From an uncultured Chloroflexia bacterium (lineage in GTDB: Bacteria; Chloroflexota; Anaerolineae; Anaerolineales; UBA4823), in NCBI GenBank assembly GCA_963774935.1, contig CAVZGO010000003.1, positions 389,262 to 453,261 of the forward strand: 64,000 bases of DNA, written 5' to 3'. Made by a program: the position numbers and the translations under genes. Below are positions 47,801 through 55,700 of this stretch, in pieces (the first letter of the stretch is position 1; each line of letters opens with the position of its first letter). The notes under the pieces were generated by a model. The model was not told the DNA's origin, did not search any database, and was given only the letters and a program-made list of their open reading frames with translations.

Positions 47801-48420
47801 CTCTGCTGTCGCGCCATCATCACCAGGTTGGTGGAGGCTTTCTCGTTGAGTTGCACCTCGATCTCTTTAAACTCAGGTTCATCGGTCAAGGCTAACGGAT
47901 TCAAGCGTGTCACCGATAATGGTGTAGGCGCGCTGAAACCTGCCAGCTTCTTACGCCAGAATCCTTCACTGGCCGTCAGATCCTGGCGTTTTAACCAGAC
48001 GATATAATCTCGATAAGGCCGGCTTTCTGGCAATTGTGGATCAATGCCAGCGACGAGGCTGTTATAGGTGATTAAGATATCCCGCATCAGAAGGGGAATT
48101 GACCAGCCGTCTAACAAGATATGGTGATGACAGACAACTAGCTGATATTCTTCATCACCCGTGCGCAGTACGGCTATACGCAACAAGGGCGGTTTGGTAA
48201 GCAAAAATCCGCGTATACGTTCCTGATGTATATACTGCTCAAGGCGTGAGTGCTGCTCTTCTTCGTTGAACTGTCTCCAATCATGCTCCTCAAAAGGCAG
48301 TTGAACCTGTTTATAGACTACCTGCACTGGTTCCTTTACATTTTCTGAGACGAAAGCAGTTCGCAGAATTGGGTGGCGGTCGATTGTCCTTTGCCAGGTC
48401 TGTCTGAAAAAGGGGTACAT
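44734..48420 (-). CDS. NRPS gene C, fragment 2: condensation (rest) - adenylation (Thr code) - thiolation - epimerisation (N-half)
   Basis: Domain motifs are HHILLDGWS (C), YTSGSTGKPKG...NMYGITETT...GELFVGGAGVARGY...LPLTTNGKIDR (A), FFELGGDSI (T) and TPVQRWFF, HHLVTDGVSMRI (E). Confidence 0.9.
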   Translation of the reverse strand: MYPFFRQTWQRTIDRHPILRTAFVSENVKEPVQVVYKQVQLPFEEHDWRQFNEEEQHSRLEQYIHQERIRGFLLTKPPLLRIAVLRTGDEEYQLVVCHHHILLDGWSIPLLMRDILITYNSLVAGIDPQLPESRPYRDYIVWLKRQDLTASEGFWRKKLAGFSAPTPLSVTRLNPLALTDEPEFKEIEVQLNEKASTNLVMMARQQRITLNTLVQGAWSILLSRYSGEEDVVFGVTVSGRPVDLAGSENMIGLFINTLPFRVQVDREAPLGEWLRQLQNEQVEIRHYEYTPLVQIQGWSQVPRGTPLFDSLLVFENIPAGALQTGGKSSVNIEGGSSVSYTNFPLTVVAVPGEEMLIKISYDAQLFDPATIQRMMSHLSTLLEAMPSYVSRRLVEIPMLTATEQRQLLEEWNIPHSTYRSDRCIHQWVEEQVLKTPQSIAATFEAVSLTYLELNQRANHLAHYLKSLGVGPESLVGIYLERNLDVVVAILGILKSGGAYVPLDPAYPASRLAFIVEDYSRAQQSFGGSEQPSVLITQASMLANLVQTSAQLVCMDTDWEKIVQETGGEIDPGNLDSGVKPENLAYVIYTSGSTGKPKGCMITHANVVRLFYATDDWYHFGPADVWTLFHSYAFDFSVWEIWGALFYGGRLVVVPYLVSRSTDAFYDLLCQEGVTVLNQTPSAFRQLIRAEEASGVCPDLALRYVIFGGEALELQSLKPWFERHGDQKPQLVNMYGITETTVHVTYRPIYVRDLDTAPGSVIGEAIPDLQVYILDQSFQPVPIGVPGELFVGGAGVARGYLNRQELTDQRFVPGMFGRSSDQRVYRSGDLARYLPDGDIEYLGRIDHQVKIRGFRVELGEIESVIVQFPGVHEAVVLAREDGGHKRLVAYLVAKKGSENLQALELRKHVSEKLPDYMVPASFILMESFPLTTNGKIDRAVLLAMAVPEQARMAIEKPFEPPQTPEEQSMAGLWAQLLGVERVGLGDQFFELGGDSILSIQLVSRAKQAGFQISYRLLFEHPVLKDLMTALQKAEAGFAQQEMVSGQVNLTPVQRWFFEHHADAPAHFNTSIFLKVWSGINLEIIQKTLDHLLSHHDQLRAKFELVDGEWQQSVEAACPVPFRVIDLSGIPAADQPAVLEAQAAAIQAELQLDQPPLIRVVYFKLGEQAPGRLLFVFHHLVTDGVSMRIFMEDFQTTYLYLMAGGEVKLPPKTISYQAWANRLQELCQFI

Positions 48421-48547
48421 CCAATGGACCGGTTAAACGAGCAGCGAGCAATTCAATATAGAGTCCTGCACTCGGCTCGAACAAACTATGAAACAGCATC
48501 CCTTGCTGCATCGGTGACAGCGGGTAAATATTTTCTACATTTTCCAT
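48311..48547 (-). CDS. NRPS gene C, fragment 1: start codon and C1 motif of the condensation domain (true coding about 48410-48547)
   Basis: MENVENIYPLSPMQQGMLFHSL... The frame is lost in the CCCCTTTTT run at 48408-48416 and continues in 44734-48420. Confidence 0.75.
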   Translation of the reverse strand: MENVENIYPLSPMQQGMLFHSLFEPSAGLYIELLAARLTGPLDVPLFQTDLAKDNRPPPNSANCFRLRKCKGTSAGSL

Positions 48548-48552
48548 TGGAT

Positions 48553-49647
48553 CTATCCCTTTTCGATTGGGTTAGTTGTGTATCCCCATTCATCGAAACA
48601 ACGCTGCCAGTTAGCAGCAATCTCTTGACGTAGCGGTTCTGCGATTGGTTTGTGGGTGTTTTTTTTGTAATCCGAAACCTGTTCTGTATATTGCTGGAAT
48701 CTGGGAAGTGCTTCTTGAAAGCCTGGCAAGCCCAATTTTTCATAAATCAACTTCATCTGTTGGATCGGATCTTTTTCCACTTCCTCAAATTGTACATCTA
48801 CCAGGTTCCCTGCCGATATGAGATCTCGTTGCAAAAAGTATGCATCGTACATATCCTTATACCGGCGAAGAATACCAGATACCACACTACCATCCTTTGG
48901 ATTTTGAAGATAAGCTCCTGCAACTGCTGTATTGTATAACTTCATCGTGGATTGAAATACGATAAAAGGATTGCGATGGATATGAATAAATCTCGCATCT
49001 GGATACAACTCTAATATCAGTTTTATCCGCGCAGTGTGAGTCGGAGATTTCATAACCAGAGGTTTGTGATATCTGACAGTTAACTTACGCATAAATAAAT
49101 CCAAGGCTAACTGCCAGCGTTGTGCATCTTTAACATCAGCATGCTCAAATGTGAGAAAGCGATCATAATCAGCTTCATAACGAGGGAACATCCAGGCAAT
49201 CGCTGGTGATCGAAGGCATAATACAGCTATGCCCGCTTCATCCTCACCTGGACTTCGATAAGTGACCTGCATATTGTCCATTGGCCGGCTGGTTGGGCCT
49301 GCATCTCCAGCCATCTTTTCGACTACCGGTTCCCGTGTTAAGAATGTGAATGGTCGAGAGACCTCAAATAGATTTGGGTAAGCAAATTGAGGGTCCCTGG
49401 CAAATAGCTCATGCACCAGAGTGGTGCCGTTACGCCAGTGACCCAGGATAAAGATTGGCTGTTCGATGGTAGCCTTAGCTATCTCAGATTGGTAACTTCT
49501 CTTTTCGTTGCGGTAGTACCATGAATTCATCAGGCTGAACATTGTGACCTGAGAAAATCGACCGAAATACTGCCGGTCAATTGAGAATTTAACCTCCTTC
49601 AGCAGCCGTGTCCAATCACTCCATCGAAATCCAGTCAAAGCATTCAT
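48553..49647 (-). CDS. PAPS-dependent sulfotransferase family protein
   Basis: P-loop-like 5'-PSB motif ILGHWRNGTT and the KSPTHTARI...FIHIHRNPFIVFQS (3'-PB) pattern. It is 364 aa and ends 5 nt before the NRPS gene C start. Confidence 0.75.
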   Translation of the reverse strand: MNALTGFRWSDWTRLLKEVKFSIDRQYFGRFSQVTMFSLMNSWYYRNEKRSYQSEIAKATIEQPIFILGHWRNGTTLVHELFARDPQFAYPNLFEVSRPFTFLTREPVVEKMAGDAGPTSRPMDNMQVTYRSPGEDEAGIAVLCLRSPAIAWMFPRYEADYDRFLTFEHADVKDAQRWQLALDLFMRKLTVRYHKPLVMKSPTHTARIKLILELYPDARFIHIHRNPFIVFQSTMKLYNTAVAGAYLQNPKDGSVVSGILRRYKDMYDAYFLQRDLISAGNLVDVQFEEVEKDPIQQMKLIYEKLGLPGFQEALPRFQQYTEQVSDYKKNTHKPIAEPLRQEIAANWQRCFDEWGYTTNPIEKG

Positions 49648-49735
49648 ACGTGATAATACCTTCCTATTACGCGGTCCTTTATTAGTCTACACTCATTTTG
49701 TCTCTGAATGTGAACCTATGGTAATTAATATGGGA

Positions 49736-52700
49736 TCATTCATCCGAAGAGGATGAATCGATCGCACCTAAGATATTTTTAAAATCCTCATCGCTCCAGC
49801 CGAATTCATCCTGGTCAGATTGCTCCATTAAAGCAGAACCTGGACCGGATTCAGCAGTCACTTGCCCTTGCGAGCTTAGTTGAGCTTCATCAACCAATTC
49901 AGCCAAACCGGCAACGGTCGGCGCTTCAAACAAATGGCGCGGAGATAACTGAAGTCCTGCCTCATTCGCCCGGGCAATAACCTGAATCGCCAGAATTGAA
50001 TCTCCACCCAGCTCGAAGAAGTTGTCCTCAACACTGATCGTAGGTCTTTCCTCATTCGGCTGGTATGCTAATACCTCCCCCCAGATCGATGCCAACATAA
50101 GCTCGTTTGCACTTTGCGGTGCAATATATGGAGATGTGATCGATAATCCTGCTTGCTCAGGAACAGGTAAAGATTTTCGATCAACCTTTCCATTCGGAGT
50201 GAGAGGTAATTCCTTGATGAATAAGAAGATCGCTGGAATCATGTATTCAGGCAACCTGTTGCGCAGGTGAGCCTTTAATTCATCCGCGGAAACCTGCGTC
50301 TCAATCCGATTCTCATTCGAGACGACATAAGCGACAAGCCGTTTTATGCCCGGGGAATCCTCTCTAACGAGCACGACCGAAGTACGTACTCCGGGATGGG
50401 TAGATAACTCAAACTCGATCTCGCCTAGTTCGATGCGGAAGCCGCGGAGTTTCACCTGTTGATCTGCTCGTCCTAAATATTCCAAATTGCCATCCGGCAG
50501 GAAACGACCCAGGTCTCCAGTCCGGTACATGCGCTCTCCGGGAACACCAGAGAATGGATTTAATACGAATTTTTCCTGGGTCAGGTCAGGGCGGTTGAGG
50601 TAGCCTCTCGCCAACCCGATACCAGCCAAATAGATTTCGCCTCTTACACCTTGAGGTACAAGTTGACCATGTGCGTCCAGAACATAAACCTGCATATTCG
50701 GAATAGGATGCCCAATCGGGATACTTGTCGCGTTTCTCGGGACCCCGATCAAGCCAAGGTGATCATTCTCATCAACTCCAACCTCTATTGGAAAATAAGT
50801 CGGACCGATTGTGGCTTCTGTCGGTCCATACGCATTGAACATGTTCCGTCCAGGCGCCCAGCGTTGTGCAATTTCTATCGAGCATGCTTCACCTGCAGAA
50901 ATTAGCGTCTTGAAGGAAGGTAAATTACGAGCAAAAATCTCCGGGTCAAGCACACGCAGCAGTGATGGAGGGATGGTTGCCACGGTCACTTCTTGGTCCT
51001 GCATGACCTTGAGCAAATCCGGCAGCGAGCCTAAAACCTCGTTGCTGGTCAGCACCAAACATGCTCCAGAGAGTAATGCCATGAAGGTCTCGGAGATTGA
51101 CGCATCGAAGCTAAAGGACGCAAATTGAAGAACCTTATCACTGGCTTTAACCCCAAACCCATTAATCTGCTGTTCCACCAGGTTGGTCAAACCAGCATGT
51201 TGCAGCATAACTCCTTTCGGTCGCCCTGTAGAACCGGATGTGTAAATCACATACGCAAGATTCTCCCCTGTAGCAATAACTGATTGTGTTTCCAAGCCCT
51301 CGATGTTTTTCGAAACATTTGCCCAATTCCGATCAAGACACACAATGTGAATATCATTCTTGACCGATTCTGGCAATCGCTCAATCAGATTCTGATGAGT
51401 TAAGAGAAGTGGAGTTTGGGAGTCCTCCAGCATATATGCCAACCGCTCGGGTGGATACGCAGGATCTAGCGGCAAATACGCTCCGCCAGCCTTCAAAATA
51501 CCCAATAAACCGATCACCATGTCCAGGGATCTTTCGATGCAGATTCCTACAATAGTCTCTGGTCCAACACCTTGGCTCCGCAAGTAAGATGAAAGTAAAT
51601 CAGCGTGCTGGTTTAACTCAGCATAAGTGAGCGATTCGGTAAAACCGCCCGGCGGATCTTTTTCAGTTGTTGGAAGCGCAAATACCACTGCAGGGGCATT
51701 CGGCGTAAGCGCAGTTTGAGCCTCGAATAATTCGTGCACGCACTGCCCACTCAGCGGACCACCTGTGGTTTGGCTCCATTGATTAAGGATCAGCTCTCTT
51801 TCCGCTGGTGTGACCATACTGAGCTCTGTCACAGGAAGATCGGGATCTTTTAGAGCACCGTCAACCAATTGAGAAAAATGCAATGCCAATCGCTCAATCG
51901 TAGAGCGCTCGAATAAATCTGTGTTAAATTCTAACGAGCATGATAAAGAAGTATCATTCAGTCGATCACCATTACCAACAGGTGTCTCAACCACTGTTAA
52001 AGTCAAATCAAATCGTGCCACCCCTTCATATAATTCTACAGGCTGGACACTTATATCTGAGGTGAGTCCCTGGTACGATTGAGGCGCATTCTGCAGCACC
52101 AGCATCACCTGGAAAAGCGGATGGTAACTCATGTCCCGAGCAGGATTTACTGCATCAACCAGCATCTCAAATGGCACATCTTGATGAGCGTAAGCGCCTA
52201 AAGCAGTTTCTCGCACTCGCCGTAACAATTGCCGGAAGTCAGGTGCACCAGAGAGATCACCCCTAATGACCAGTGTATTTACAAAAAAGCCGAGTAAATG
52301 CTCAATCTCTGAACGCGTTCGGTTGGCGATCGGAGTACCTACTGCAAACTCATCCTGCCCGGTGTAGCGATAGAGCAGCAGCTGGAAGGCTGCCATCAAC
52401 GTCATGAATAGAGTTGCCCCTTCTTGATGTGTTAGCGCTTTAAGTTGTGCGGTTTGTTCCGGTGAAATTTCAAATGTAATCTGTCCACCAGTGTATGTTT
52501 GCACTGGAGGGCGTGACCTGTCGATCGGGAGCTCTAGAACAGGTGGTAGACCAGCTAATTGTTTCTTCCAGTATTCAAGCTGGTTTTCGAGAATTTCACC
52601 TTGCAACCAGCTTCTTTGCCAGGCAGAATAATCACTGTACTGAATTGGTAATTCATCCAGCTTCAATAGTGGACTAATTTGCGAGCTATCTTTTTCTTGC

Positions 52701-55700
52701 AGGAACCTGGAATAAAAAATCAGCAGCTCTTGCATGAATATATTCAACGACCAGTCATCCGAGATGATGTGATGGGTATTCAGAAGGATAGTATGTTGGT
52801 CTTCTGAAGTCTGGATGATGCATAAGCGTGTTAATGGCCCAATAGCCAGATCGAAAGGACGCAGGGCAGATTCCAGCGCTAACTGTTCCGATTGGTCAAG
52901 GCGTTGCGTTTCAGGCAATCCGCTGAGATCATGGAACTCAAGCTGTACATCCATCTCAGTAAGTACAAGCTGGTAGGGCACTCCGGCAATAGACTTAAAA
53001 ACTGTTCGCAAGATCTCATGGCGCTGGGTAAGCTGCGTCAGTGCTGCTTTTAGCGCTTCCATATCCAGAAAGCCAGTAAGCTGCAGCGCAACCGGTATGT
53101 TGTACAATGGACTGTTCGGGTTTAATTGATCAAGCACCCACAATCGCTGTTGTGCATACGAAAGCAGTGCCGGTTTTACGGGTAGTCCGGTCGACGCATT
53201 GCGTTCAAGCGCCTGGATCGGTGGTGCAACAATGCCCATGGCGGAGCGGCGGGCAATGTCAATCTGGTTAGCCAATCCCGCAACCGTAGGCGTCTCAAAC
53301 AGGCTACGCAATGGGAGCTCAATTCCAAATGCATCTCGCACGCGTGAGATAACCTGGGTAGCCAGCAGCGAGTGGCCACCCAGATCGAAGAAATTATCAA
53401 GTACACCGACTTGTTCTAAATGCAGGATATCTCTCCAGAGATTGGCGATGATTTCTTCTTCAGGTGTGCGCGGCAGGACAATTCCAGCCCGCGCCGCCGA
53501 CAAATCCGGCTGTGGCAGCGCCTTGCGATCCACCTTCCCATTGGCAGTCAATGGCAATGCTTCCAAAATGACAACTGCGGCAGGAACCATGTAGTCTGGT
53601 AATTTTTGTTGGAGGCTCTGGCGCAGCCCAGATATCAGTTCCTGTTGGTTCGATCCCATATTATCCGGATTTAACACAAGATAAGCCACCAGGTTCTTAG
53701 TGCCACCTTCTTCCCAAACCCAAACAACATTCTCCTTGATCCAGGAATATTGGGCAATCAAAGCTTCAATTTCGCCAAGCTCGACGCGAAAACCGCGCAC
53801 TTTGACCTGAAAATCTATACGTCCAAGACAATCCAGGTTACCATCGTGTCGATATCGAACCAGATCACCAGTGCGATAAAGCCGGGCTCCCGGTTCATTT
53901 GTGAAAGGATTCGGAATAAATTTCTCGGCGGTCAATTCGGGTCGATTTAAATAACCGCGCCCAACCCCTAAGCCGCCAATATAAAGCTCACCATGCACTC
54001 CTACGGGTACAGGCTGCATGTGCGAATCCAGGACGTACAACTGGGTGTTGATGATCGGTTTACCGATAGGAATCACACCGCCTTTATATCGAATCAGGCT
54101 GTCTGGTGGCGCCCAATATACACAACAACCAACTACTGTCTCTGTTGGCCCATATTCATTGACTAAAGCTGTATCCGGAGCATTGTTAATCCAAAAGCGG
54201 ATATGTTCAGGGGTCAGGTTTTCACCGCCAATGATAAAAGCATGGGTGCGTCCAGCCGCTTGATCGGGTCTAAGCTGTTCCCCGAGTAGCTGGAGGTGAG
54301 CCGGGGTTATCTTCACCAGGCTGTACGGCTCAGACGTTTGCTCTGCATCTCGACGAAGGGTTGCCCCCAGCAATTCGACCCCTAATCCTTCCGGTAGAAT
54401 TTTAACTTCTCGACCAGAAACCAGTGGCGAAAACAGACTGGTAATCGTCAGATCGAATGAAATTGATGAGTGAACCGGAGAACCTTGACCTTCTTCTAAT
54501 GGATATGCTGTTTGACACCAGGTGAGGTAGTTAACCAATCCACGATGAACGATCATCGCCCCCTTTGGCCGGCCGGTTGATCCAGATGTGTAAATTACAT
54601 AAACCAGGTTGTCAGGCTCTGTGATGCAGTCTAAATTGTCGCCCGGTTCGAACTCCAAGAACGGCCATTCCTGATCCAGACACAGGATTGCTGGTTTTCC
54701 AGGCTCGACAGCCTCCACCATGTTTGAGGAATTGAGATCAAATCGTGTTAGCAAGCTGGAATGGGTGATTAAAACAGCCGCTTGTGAATCCTCCAGCATA
54801 AACGATAGTCGCTCACTCGGATAGGTCGGATCCAAAGGCACATAAGCGCCACCAGCTTTTAAGACCGCCAGGATCGACACCACCAGCTGAGGAGAGCGCG
54901 GCAGACATAAACCTACCAAAACCTCTGGTACGATCCCCAACTTGCGCAAATGCCGTGCCAGTCGATTGGCAGCCTGGTTTAACTCATGGTAGGTCCATGT
55001 TTCTTCTACAGACTTGCCATCTATTTCTTCTAAATAGCGTAAAGCAACAGCCTGTGGTGTACGGTCAACTTGCAGCTCGAATAATTGGTGTGCGCACATG
55101 TCGCTGGGATAAGGCGCGGCGGTCTGGTTCCATTCCACCAGAATTTGTTGCATCTGCTTATCGGTTAGAATCGGTAAACGCGAAACGCTCATGTCAGGAT
55201 TGGATACTATTCCACCTAAAAGCAACTCAAAATTACCCAGCATTTGATCGATGGTTGCATCATCGAATAAATCGGTGTTATATTCCAATGCCCCACCAAG
55301 CTGACCTTCATCCTCAGCCATAAACAGCGTCAAATCAAACTTGGCTGTCCCGCTATGTGTATCAACCGGTTGCACCTGCAAATCTAAATCAGGCAATCCT
55401 AGTGCGCTGCTCTGTGCAGCTTGAAGGACAAACATCACCTGGAATAATGGGCTGTGACTCAGGTTGCGCTCTGGTTGCAGGGCATCAACAACCATCTCAA
55501 AAGGAACATCCTGATGAGCATAGGCGTTTAATGCACCCTGACGTGTGCGGCTTAGTAATTCGCGAAAAGATGGCTCGCCACCCAGGTCAGCCCGCAGGAC
55601 AAGTGTATTGACAAAAAAGCCAATTAATCCCTCAAGCTCCGCACGCGTTCGGTTGGCAATGGGTGTGCCAATTGCAAGATCCTCCTGACCACTGTAGCGG

